From a virus, in the IMG/VR virus record IMGVR_UViG_3300010970_000136, positions 5,836 through 69,835 of that record: 64,000 nucleotides of DNA, one strand, 5' to 3'. Shown here in pieces: positions 16,185-25,294 of the stretch. The notes below the pieces were generated by a model, which worked only from the letters and a program-made list of their open reading frames with translations, was not told the origin of the DNA and ran no database searches. Position numbers and translations under genes: made by a program. Numbering within the stretch: the first letter of the stretch is position 1; the number at the start of each line of letters is the position of its first letter.

Positions 16185-18913
16185 ATGAAAGTATTTATAT
16201 TAGAATTCTTTGTTTCTTATTCATCATTTGAGCAAAGTGCAAGAATAGAAGGTGTATTCGCTACAGAAGAACTAGCTCTTGCTAGATTAGATGAGTTATA
16301 TCCTATATATATGGAAGAAGCTGAACAAATGGCAGCAGATATATCATCTAGAATAACACCATACACATTAATAACCTCTTAATAACACATATTATGAAAT
16401 CAACTAAAATCATGTTAGCTGTAATAGCTACGTTCATTATTACATGGATGAGTCTTGGACTTATTATATATGCTCTATCTGATATGACATATAAAGAATC
16501 ATTAACTAGTTCAGTAACTGGATCTATTATGTTATTTATAGGTTGGGTTCCAGCGCTTATTGTTGGAGCTGATGTTACTGATAATATATAGCATTATGAA
16601 GAATAATATTCCTTCTAGTGAGTGGGAACATCAAGATAGATGTCCTTCATGTGGTAGTCCTTGTAACATACATACAGATTTAGATGATAATGATGAATGT
16701 AATGAATGTAGAACTGTAGAATAATGGAACAGTGGACATCACCAGATTGTGGTACAATAAGAATATCCAATCCTAAAACATTACAAAGATGGATAGACTT
16801 AGGTTGGTACAAAGAACTTATCGATGAGGGGCATATATTTGCTCCTTATTGTGGTAGGTTTAAGACTGAAGTGTGTACATGTAGTGCATGTAGAAATCAA
16901 AGACCTAATAGAGAAGAATTAATAAACATCCTTAATAACATAAATCATGACAACATTAACTAAACAACAGACTAATCTTGATAGATTAGCAGAGATGACA
17001 TTGGTGCAATTTGAGACACCATTAGAGAGATGTACAATACAACAGATACAACAAGCTGTTGAATGTATTATAGCAGAGAACGCATTCTTTGAACAAGAAG
17101 ACTTAAGTGCTCTTGATAGTGAGAATGCATATTATGGACTATTACAATTTTAATCATGGAAAATAGACACCTTGACATTATGCAAGCAGCAGCTGTAATT
17201 GCTTTAATAGTTATATTAATTACAGGTTTCATTTATGATATGGACAATTATGCTGCACAATCTAAATGGACACAACAAAAGCCTATATCACTTCCAGAAG
17301 AGATATATATGGCTGAAGCAGGAGACACATTAGTAGTCAGCAAAGTTGCTGATAGTATTTACATTCAATTCAAATAAGATATGAAACTATTTAAAAAAAA
17401 TAATTGGTCAAAGTGGGAACATGTAATCTTCATAGAAGATTTTAGAGGTGGAATTCCAACCTTTGAGTTATTAAAAAGAAAAGATTTAGACACAGGACTA
17501 ACAGAATATAAACAAGTGCAAGTTTCAACATGTGTTCACAATTTAGAGTCAAAACTTACAGAACAACTTAAAAACAAATAAGATATGAAATATATCGTAA
17601 AAACAGTAGCTGGTATATTATATATACTAGCTAGATACTTGCTATTAGTCATATGTACTATTATTGCGTTCATGTGGGAACTAAACTTCAAGTTTATGGA
17701 AGAGTTATGGAAAGACCATAATGTATTCTATAAGAAGTTATATCTCAAGTCTGAAGATCTTGAATCTTATAGATATAACACTATATGGGACTATGTAACA
17801 GATAACAAAGACCATTCACACAAATCAGAACTACTTAAACCATAATCATTATGAAAACAACTATTTATTTAATACTAGCCATAGCTTGGCTTTTATACTT
17901 ATCAGAGCCAACAATATCATTTAAACCATTCTCTATTGAGTTTGGAAAACCATATGCACCATTTGCTTGGTCATTTCTTATGATTGCTATTGTATTATTT
18001 CAAATACAAAGTGACAAAACTGCATACAAAAGAGGTGTAGATGATACTATACAATTTGTTAAAGACATTAAAGCTGGAAAATATGAAAAATAGTATTATA
18101 GTATTCATATCATTACTTGTAATGTTTTATTTAATAGGATGTTTTATTGAAGTGTCCTTTAACATTGCAGAATGGACAGAAGGTGTAAGACTTGGTATAG
18201 CAGTACTTGGTACTTTTATGTCAGCAGTATTGACTGGAGCATTTGCTGAAGCAAGAAATAGCTAATGACAATGGAAGCAGTTAGAGACAGGATATCTGAG
18301 ATGGATGTCCTGTATTCTAAGCTTGATGCTGTTGAGCTTAGATATTCGATCAATCTATTATCACATGAACAATATGTGATGGAGAAAACAAAACTAGAAG
18401 AACAAATCAATAAACTATTTAATATAGCATTATGAAGAAAACAATATCAATACTAATATCATCATTAGTAACAATATTAATTATGATAGGTCCATTATGT
18501 CTTCCTGAAGAATGGATTTACATTAAACACAACGAGTCTGTATATCATCCAATTGCAGAAATGTTGTTTTCAATATCTCTATTTCTTATGAGGTTGTTTG
18601 CAGGACATGGAGTGTTTAGATTTTTTGAAAGTGTATTTAACGATTGATAACAAATAAAATGGGAGAAAAAGAACGAACTGTAGAAGAACTACAAGAAAGA
18701 ATTGAAACTCTTATCAAGAAGAGTAAACAAATCAGTGATCTAAAAGAATCTATCATTAAGATACAAGAAGATCTTATTGGAGCATTGCAAGAAAGAACAG
18801 AGATTCTTGAGAAGAGAGCACGTAATGCATTTTATGCAGGACTTTGGCTTGGAATGGTTGTAGGTACAGTGATATGTATCATTGCTAACATTATAATAGC
18901 TGCAATAAAATAA
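16185..18913 (+). other. Cluster of about 14 small early hypothetical genes, many membrane proteins
   Basis: ORFs 16185, 16394, 16596-16724 (not in track; CPSC/CNEC), 16724, 16947, 17156, 17381, 17585, 17851, 18041, 18265-18435 (not in track), 18432, 18644; coupled start/stop codons. Confidence 0.65.
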
Positions 18914-18940
18914 TAAATAACCAATTAAATCCTTAATAAC

Positions 18941-19429
18941 ATGAGTACAATGAATTTTAATCACAATGAAGACTCTTTTCATATAGCTATAGGCATAGAT
19001 GAAGAGCAACACACATTGTTAACAGAAACTCTTTCTGAAATATCATTAATGATGTACAAGAGAGACAAATTAGACAAACCAATGACTAAAAGTGAGGTGG
19101 CTGAACTATTAGCTAACACACTTAGTTATAAAGAACTTGTTTATGTTGCTACTAGTGGAATGTTTTCTAAAACTGAGAAAGCTGGTGATGCATATGAAAA
19201 GTTCAAGAGATTGGTTTCTGAAAGAGGTATTGATCCAGAGGATCATGAAGCAATCAAAGAACTTATTGAAGAAGTAGGTCAAGATGCAGATGTGTCTGTT
19301 AAAAGAATCGAGATTGATCCATCAGACATTGATGGTTCATTAGATAGAGCTGGTGTACCAGATGATCTTAGAGGTGAACTTAAACTTCGCATCTTGAAAG
19401 AACTTACAGATAAACTAAGAGGTCAATAG
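18941..19429 (+). CDS. Hypothetical protein (paralog of 19610-19870)
   Basis: Shared FNH..D.F..(A/S)IGID N-terminus. Confidence 0.65.
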   Translation: MSTMNFNHNEDSFHIAIGIDEEQHTLLTETLSEISLMMYKRDKLDKPMTKSEVAELLANTLSYKELVYVATSGMFSKTEKAGDAYEKFKRLVSERGIDPEDHEAIKELIEEVGQDADVSVKRIEIDPSDIDGSLDRAGVPDDLRGELKLRILKELTDKLRGQ

Positions 19430-19609
19430 TCATGAGACCTAGAATACTTAAAGGGACATTGGTAGCATCTACTGATGTCCGTAAGAGTATTGTATCCAAA
19501 AGACTTATTGTCAAAGTGGTATACTCAGCTCTTAGTTATAAAGTGCTATCACAAAAAGTTGGTGGCATTAGAACTTCATATGAACAATAACCCTTAATAA
19601 CATTAAATT

Positions 19610-19870
19610 ATGGTACCAGATTTTAAATTCAATCATGAATCTGATGATTTCAATGAATCAATTGGAATAGATGATCAGTTCCAAGATGAAGCAATTGGTA
19701 AAGTTAATCTATTAGTAAACGCATTAAACGAAGAAGATAAGTTAACTCAATCAAGAATACTTGAAGAACTTATTGCTATATGTTCTGATGAACAAATTGC
19801 ATTCTTAGCATTGTGTTTTATTAAAGATCAAATTGATCAACACCTAAAAAACCAAAAGAAGAAATCATGA
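19610..19870 (+). CDS. Hypothetical protein (paralog of 18941-19429)
   Basis: FKFNHESDDFNESIGIDD. Confidence 0.65.
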   Translation: MVPDFKFNHESDDFNESIGIDDQFQDEAIGKVNLLVNALNEEDKLTQSRILEELIAICSDEQIAFLALCFIKDQIDQHLKNQKKKS

Positions 19871-20070
19871 AACTAATACAAGAACTATTTAAGTTTCTTG
19901 ATATAGACCAACACAACGAAGAGATAAACAGAGCATTTACTATGTTTATTAAGGTGCTGGTAGTGATGATAATGCTAGTAGGAATACTAGCATTTTCACT
20001 ACTGGTATATAATCTTGTTGTACATGGTATATCAAAGAACACAACATTTGGTCTAATCGATTATGTCTAA
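19867..20070 (+). CDS. Single-pass membrane protein
   Basis: Hydrophobic segment; overlapping start/stop. Confidence 0.55.
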   Translation: MKLIQELFKFLDIDQHNEEINRAFTMFIKVLVVMIMLVGILAFSLLVYNLVVHGISKNTTFGLIDYV

Positions 20071-20551
20071 GTATAGATTTAAAACAGAACAAGAGTTTAA
20101 AGATGATTATCAATGGGATTATGATCCTAAACGTGATGCACCTATTAGTTGGGTCAGTACAATGATTGAACAGTTAGGACAACCTTTAGATGATTCTTAT
20201 AATAAGAAAATTGAAAGCTCTAAATGGTTTACACATAAAGGTGATGGATTTATATACTCAAGTAATGACGTAAAGCTTATGGAAAACAAAGAAGAACTAT
20301 TACCTATAGGAACTAAAGTTTATATTAAAGATAGCTCAGACTGGTCTAATCAAGGTTATCGTAATCATGGTAAAACAAAAATGATAGGTGAGATAGTTAA
20401 AATTAAACCACGTGATTATGATTATGCAGTCAAATGGGAAGATGGTCAAACATGGCTTTATCACGCATATGATTTAGAACCTATAGAAGTAAAAGAAGAA
20501 GAAATTAACAACGAATTAAAACAATTATTTAATCAAATCCTTAATAACTAG
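20063..20551 (+). CDS. SH3/KOW-like domain protein with C-terminal LKQLFNQI motif
   Basis: IGTKVYI...IGEIVKI...YAVKWEDG..W.Y pattern. Confidence 0.6.
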   Translation: MSKYRFKTEQEFKDDYQWDYDPKRDAPISWVSTMIEQLGQPLDDSYNKKIESSKWFTHKGDGFIYSSNDVKLMENKEELLPIGTKVYIKDSSDWSNQGYRNHGKTKMIGEIVKIKPRDYDYAVKWEDGQTWLYHAYDLEPIEVKEEEINNELKQLFNQILNN

Positions 20552-20556
20552 AAAAA

Positions 20557-21576
20557 ATGAACAACGAAGCACAAAGAACAATTGGAGAGAATTTTGTATT
20601 TATGAACAAAACCTTGTCTATCCTTAACATAGGACATACAACAGGTAAAAACATCGTTTTATATGGTCCAGGGGGTCATGGTAAATCAGAAATTACATTA
20701 GAATACTTCGCAGAGAAAGGAATCAGTCCTTATGTAATCACAATGGGTACAGGTATGACAACAGACAGATTGTTTGGTGGTCTTAACATACCAACATTTG
20801 AAGCATCAGGTAAGATTGAGTATCTTGTAGAGAATTCATTCATGAATCATGAGTATGTAATCTTCGAAGAGATGTTTGATGCACCAGATTTTATCTTAGA
20901 GCAATTGAAAGATATCTTATCATCAGGTGTGTTCAGAAACGGTACACAAATCTATCCTATCAAAACTAAGTTTATTGTATGTTGTACTAACAGAACTCGT
21001 GAAGAATTCTCTAAGAACATGTCATTGAAAGCATTAATGGAGCGTTTTCCATTAGAATTGAATGTTGTATGGGACAATTATAACGAGATTGCTTACAACA
21101 AGCTGTTAGAAACTAAGTTTGGTGAAGGAAACATTGATCCAATCATTCCATTCTTGTTACAAGAGTATGCTAAGAATGGTATTATCATTTCACCTCGTGT
21201 TGCTGTAATAGCATATCAAGTGTTTGATCAACATGGTCCTGAATCATTGACATTCATTGCTGAGTTTGCTAAGAAACCAGAGCTTATTGCTGATGCTATC
21301 AAGAAATATGAATCTACATTGAAATTCAGAGAGATGTCAGGTGAGATTTCTGAACTTATTGACAGATTAGAATCTAACACTATGTCATCTAATGATGATA
21401 ATAAAGCTTTTGCATCAGATGTTGATACATTGAAACAGAAGTTAGATGCTATCAAGAGACTTACAGTGAATGATGATATTGCACACATGCTTGCATCATT
21501 GAGTAAAGCTGTTGGTGAGAAGATCAAAGCGTTTGAGAAAAAGCAATCAGTTGCTAAAATCATGGTAGAACTATAA
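20557..21576 (+). CDS. MoxR-family AAA+ ATPase
   Basis: Walker A GPGGHGKS, Walker B VIFEE, sensor CTN, Arg finger ALMERF, ISPR. Confidence 0.85.
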   Translation: MNNEAQRTIGENFVFMNKTLSILNIGHTTGKNIVLYGPGGHGKSEITLEYFAEKGISPYVITMGTGMTTDRLFGGLNIPTFEASGKIEYLVENSFMNHEYVIFEEMFDAPDFILEQLKDILSSGVFRNGTQIYPIKTKFIVCCTNRTREEFSKNMSLKALMERFPLELNVVWDNYNEIAYNKLLETKFGEGNIDPIIPFLLQEYAKNGIIISPRVAVIAYQVFDQHGPESLTFIAEFAKKPELIADAIKKYESTLKFREMSGEISELIDRLESNTMSSNDDNKAFASDVDTLKQKLDAIKRLTVNDDIAHMLASLSKAVGEKIKAFEKKQSVAKIMVEL

Positions 21577-21579
21577 TCT

Positions 21580-22968
21580 ATGGCTAGTATTTTTGACATT
21601 GATGAAACCTATGGAGAGACTTACTCTCCATATGGTTACACTACTTCATATGGACGTGGTAAAACACGTTACACACCAAGAAAAACATCTTGGAGTAGAA
21701 GTAGTTGGTCAAGTTATTCTTTCGCAACAGCATTTGAAGACAATGATAATGATTTGATGGTTAAAGACCCAGTGTCTTATATAACACCAACAAAGCAAGA
21801 AATCAAGAAGAAAACAAATCTGTGGAAAGAAGATGCTTTTACTACTATCAAAGAACTAGCACGTATATGCTATTTCAAGATGATGGATGAAAAAGAATAT
21901 CTACGTGAAGACTTATCTGATTGGGATAAACTAGACGATGAAACAAGAGGTCAGTATGCCCAAAAGAAAGAACTATACGATAGTGTATTTGATATCTATG
22001 TACCAGGATTTACACCATTAGAACAAGCTATTGCTATATTTCGTCAGTTAGAGAAGAAAACTGTTGATGAATATGGTAATCGTCAAGAGGAAGAAGGTGA
22101 AATGGACATGACTAAATCATTAGGATTTGATAGAGAGCTTTACAATGATCCAACGATCAATGAACAACTTAACTACAATGAACTGAGTAAAGATAAGAAA
22201 ATGGATATCATGAATAAGATATCAATCATTGGAGATCTTGGTACACAGTTTAAAGTGGAGAAAGAAGTTGATGAAAAGATTGTACCAAACTCTGATCAGT
22301 ATTCTAAGATGATTATGCGTGACTATTCACAGTTTCACATGATTGATCTATATCAAAAGATGTTTCCTAACTTTAGAACTAAGTTCTTAACTAAAGACTT
22401 AACAGTTAATGTTCCTGTTGATAGAAAAGAACAAAAGCAAAAGATCATCATTATGTTAGACTTCTCAGGAAGTATGGATGAAGATGAGAAACAAATTTGG
22501 GTAAATGCTATTCTTATTGATAGATTTAGATATGTTATGAAAGGAGAAGCTGAAGTGTTCTTCAGTTACTTTATCCATGACAAGAAAGATCTTAAGTTTC
22601 AACACATCAAAGATAGAGAAGATGTAATCAAGTTTTGGCAAACATTCTCTAATGATCCAAATGGTGGTACAACAGCAATTGGTGAGTTAGTAGAATATGT
22701 AGCTAAGCAAGTAACTGAAGAAAAGAAGTTACATAACTTAGACATAGATCTATCTGAAGAAAGACCAGAAATCTTAATTATCAATGATGGTCAAGATAGA
22801 GTGCATAGTGACAAGTTTCCTTATAAAGTGAATGCAATATCATTAATTGAATTCAGTGATCAACTTAAAGACCTATGTGTAGCCACAAATGGTAAGCAAG
22901 TGAAAGTTGAATATGGTGATGTTGTAACAGCTTATTCTAAACAAGGAGAACAAATCATCTCTAAATAA
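21580..22968 (+). CDS. von Willebrand factor A domain protein (MoxR partner)
   Basis: MIDAS DFSGSM, GGTT, INDG; adjacent to AAA ATPase. Confidence 0.85.
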   Translation: MASIFDIDETYGETYSPYGYTTSYGRGKTRYTPRKTSWSRSSWSSYSFATAFEDNDNDLMVKDPVSYITPTKQEIKKKTNLWKEDAFTTIKELARICYFKMMDEKEYLREDLSDWDKLDDETRGQYAQKKELYDSVFDIYVPGFTPLEQAIAIFRQLEKKTVDEYGNRQEEEGEMDMTKSLGFDRELYNDPTINEQLNYNELSKDKKMDIMNKISIIGDLGTQFKVEKEVDEKIVPNSDQYSKMIMRDYSQFHMIDLYQKMFPNFRTKFLTKDLTVNVPVDRKEQKQKIIIMLDFSGSMDEDEKQIWVNAILIDRFRYVMKGEAEVFFSYFIHDKKDLKFQHIKDREDVIKFWQTFSNDPNGGTTAIGELVEYVAKQVTEEKKLHNLDIDLSEERPEILIINDGQDRVHSDKFPYKVNAISLIEFSDQLKDLCVATNGKQVKVEYGDVVTAYSKQGEQIISK

Positions 22969-22981
22969 CTTGTATAATTAG

Positions 22982-23006
22982 GCCCTGTGATATATATTTG
23001 CAGGGC
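22982..23006 (+). promoter_or_regulatory. -7 promoter element TATATTTG embedded in a hairpin
   Basis: GCCCTGTGA-TATATAT-TTGCAGGGC. Confidence 0.55.
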
Positions 23007-23269
23007 TAATTAAAATGATTAGTTTATGAAAAAGAAGTTAAGCATCTTTGGGTTGTTTATGTTCTTTCTATTATTGATGATAACAAAGGTTAGCTCATGA
23101 TAGATACATATAATGAACCACCAGAAGAGAAAGAAAGAGAGTGTGCTTTTTGTGGTGAGCCTTGTGACAAAGAATTCTGTAGCAAGGAATGCAAGAAAGC
23201 AAATGATGAAGATTAAAATAGGGAAGTTGAAAACTATATAGAGTAGACAAAGTTTAAAATTAAAATAAA

Positions 23270-23653
23270 ATGAGAGATTTTTTTAAAGGACTTGGAGTAT
23301 TTTTATTAATCTGTATTGTTTTTAGCGGTATAGGATTAGGTTTTAGAGCTTGTAGTAAAGCTGAAGAAGCTACACATCTAAAAGATGCTGTAATTGTTTA
23401 TGAAGAGTATCAGGAGATATACAATACATGTGTTAAGTTAAACACTGATTTATGTAACATGAAAGATTTACCTGATGATGATGTTATGTTTGAGCAGTTT
23501 AGTAAAGCTCAAAGAATTAACACAATTAAAACGAATCTTAATAGATGGGTTGAAACTTATAACGCTAAGTCTAAGATGTGGGGACGTAGCTTATGGAAAT
23601 CAAATGAATTACCATATCAATTAACTAATCAACAATTTAACTGCAACAATTAA
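23270..23653 (+). CDS. Membrane-anchored coiled-coil protein
   Basis: N-terminal TM helix; WVETYNAKS. Confidence 0.65.
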   Translation: MRDFFKGLGVFLLICIVFSGIGLGFRACSKAEEATHLKDAVIVYEEYQEIYNTCVKLNTDLCNMKDLPDDDVMFEQFSKAQRINTIKTNLNRWVETYNAKSKMWGRSLWKSNELPYQLTNQQFNCNN

Positions 23654-23664
23654 AAACAAATCAA

Positions 23665-24246
23665 ATGAAAAAATTATTATCAGTATTATTAGTAACCGTA
23701 TTATTAATTTCTTGCAAAGAACCTCACACAGAAAATCAAACTGCTGTTCAAGAGCAAGCTCATACAGAAGGGAATCAAAGCAGATTAAATCAAAATCAAC
23801 CACTTCCTGATATTACTTGGAGTATGGAAAGAGATAACTTGATTAAGCTTAAGAAATTACAGAACGATAGAACTGTAACATTCTTTATGTATGTGTTTAT
23901 AGAAGGTATTTCTGAACCTATTGGATATTATCAAGTAAATAAAGTTAGTTCTGTAAACTCTCAACTGAGTAATCCTGAGCAAATAATTTCTGGAAATTCA
24001 CCAGGAAATAATTTACCTGCTGGAACAGCTGTTTCAATCCCTTCTCCAAGCGAAGATGGTAGTTATGGAACAAACGGAGATGCTATATTTGGATTTACTC
24101 CAGAAGACATATGTATTCAAACTAATATGAAATATATTACAGCTACTGTTCCTTTGAAATTCAAATCACCTGTTAATAAATTAGCAGTAATTGATACAGA
24201 CCAAGCAAAACAATTGCTTGATGCTTCTAAAAAAGCAATGAAATAA
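23665..24246 (+). CDS. Lipoprotein
   Basis: Signal peptide II MKKLLSVLLVTVLLIS-C. Confidence 0.75.
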   Translation: MKKLLSVLLVTVLLISCKEPHTENQTAVQEQAHTEGNQSRLNQNQPLPDITWSMERDNLIKLKKLQNDRTVTFFMYVFIEGISEPIGYYQVNKVSSVNSQLSNPEQIISGNSPGNNLPAGTAVSIPSPSEDGSYGTNGDAIFGFTPEDICIQTNMKYITATVPLKFKSPVNKLAVIDTDQAKQLLDASKKAMK

Positions 24247-24255
24247 CAAAAAATA

Positions 24256-24488
24256 GCTAAGCTGTGTAAAGCGTCAGAACTGATAATCTGTTAGAAGCTA
24301 TAGCCTAAACATTGATGCTTTGTAAATTATGAATAAGACGCTACCTTGAAATACAGGATTAGAAATGGATGTGTAGGGGTAATTCAGCGTGCGCTTTAAG
24401 TGACATATGGTCTTAATATTCCTCTAATAGTTTACATAAAGATACTATCAGTAATGGTAGATGTGTTGGAGCCTTGAGAAAGCTTAGT
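24256..24488 (+). ncRNA. Unassigned structured RNA A
   Basis: Terminal stem GCTAAGCT/AGCTTAGT followed by T7; GNRA-capped CTATCA-GTAA-TGGTAG; T-loop-like TGAAA/TGAGA loops; no ORF. Confidence 0.55.
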
Positions 24489-24519
24489 ATTTTTTTACGA
24501 CTTATATAATACCGCCACA

Positions 24520-24666
24520 ACACAAATGAGTTCTCAGCAAGTAGTTAGTGAATCCATGCTTATTGATGGTGCTAAGTGGTAATTCTTATTCCTACTAATT
24601 ACGTGACCCTACTCTTATTATGACCTCTATTGCTATAAGTTAAGATGTAATAAGAAAGGGTGCTAG
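24520..24666 (+). ncRNA. Unassigned structured RNA B
   Basis: GTAGTTAGT/ACTAATTAC and ACCCT..TCTTATTA/TAATAAGA..AGGGT stems in tandem. Confidence 0.45.
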
Positions 24667-24708
24667 ATTTAAAAAAGTAATTGATAAGTGTCCTCACATG
24701 AGGAAACT

Positions 24709-25031
24709 GGGGGTGACTGGTTTTGACAGGTTACCAGTAGTTAATACAATCAGCCAGAGAGATAACTGTAAACTAAGGTGAATTTAATTAATTGGCAATC
24801 AAACAACTCGTGTAGTGGCTCTAGGAGCAAACGCACAAATCGAAGCTAACATGAACAAAGTATTCTCTCTATTGGGAGAAGAAGTTGCTGTAGCAGCCTA
24901 AATTGAATAAGGATTTCTCTGTTAGATTAAACAGAGTGGTGGATCGTTAAGCCTAGCTTGACCCTAAATAAGCTGTATAAATTGTATTAATAAAAGTAGT
25001 TTGGACGTGGGTTCGACTCCCACCACCTCCA
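24709..25031 (+). ncRNA. ssrA: tmRNA
   Basis: 5' GGGGGTGACTGGTTTTGAC, 3' GACGTGGGTTCGACTCCCACCACCTCCA; G3:U70 Ala identity; internal tag ORF 24794-24901 ending VAVAA*. Confidence 0.93.
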
Positions 25032-25040
25032 CTGAATTCT

Positions 25041-25178
25041 GAATTTGCACATCATGTTCCTTACAAACCTTGTAATGTTGGCCGTTGTTATGCTTATACC
25101 ACGTGCAAATTCGTGTTATTTTAGAACTTAAATTGAGTGGTGAATAACAACATAGGTGACTGATAGGAAAGACTATCA
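25041..25178 (+). ncRNA. Unassigned structured RNA C (spacer between tmRNA and tRNA-like RNA)
   Basis: GAATTTGCAC/GTGCAAATTC stem, crossing GTTGTTAT/ATAACAAC pairing, TGATAG-GAAAGA-CTATCA hairpin. Confidence 0.4.
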
Positions 25179-25181
25179 AAT

Positions 25182-25292
25182 GATTGAGTGGCGGAATTGG
25201 TAGACGCTAAGAATAATAGTTCGTAACTCACATACAGCTCTGTAGAGAGTATTCTAGGTAACACCATACAGGTTCGAATCCTGTCTCAATCA
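25182..25292 (+). tRNA. tRNA-like RNA (Leu-type D arm) with expanded, non-canonical anticodon arm
   Basis: Acceptor GATTGAG/CTCAATC+A, D arm GCGGAATTGGTAGACGC, T arm ACAGG-TTCGAAT-CCTGT; AGAATA/TATTCT encloses about 34 nt. Confidence 0.75.
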
Positions 25293-25294
25293 CA

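Noticed and set aside
25034-25151. HDV-like theta ribozyme after the tmRNA
   Set aside because: An ACCACGT L3-like loop and nested pairing exist, but P3 does not pair properly and there is no catalytic C before the final helix
24964-25179. 71-aa minus-strand ORF
   Set aside because: Antisense to the tmRNA 3' end (VEVVGVEPT is the T-arm shadow)
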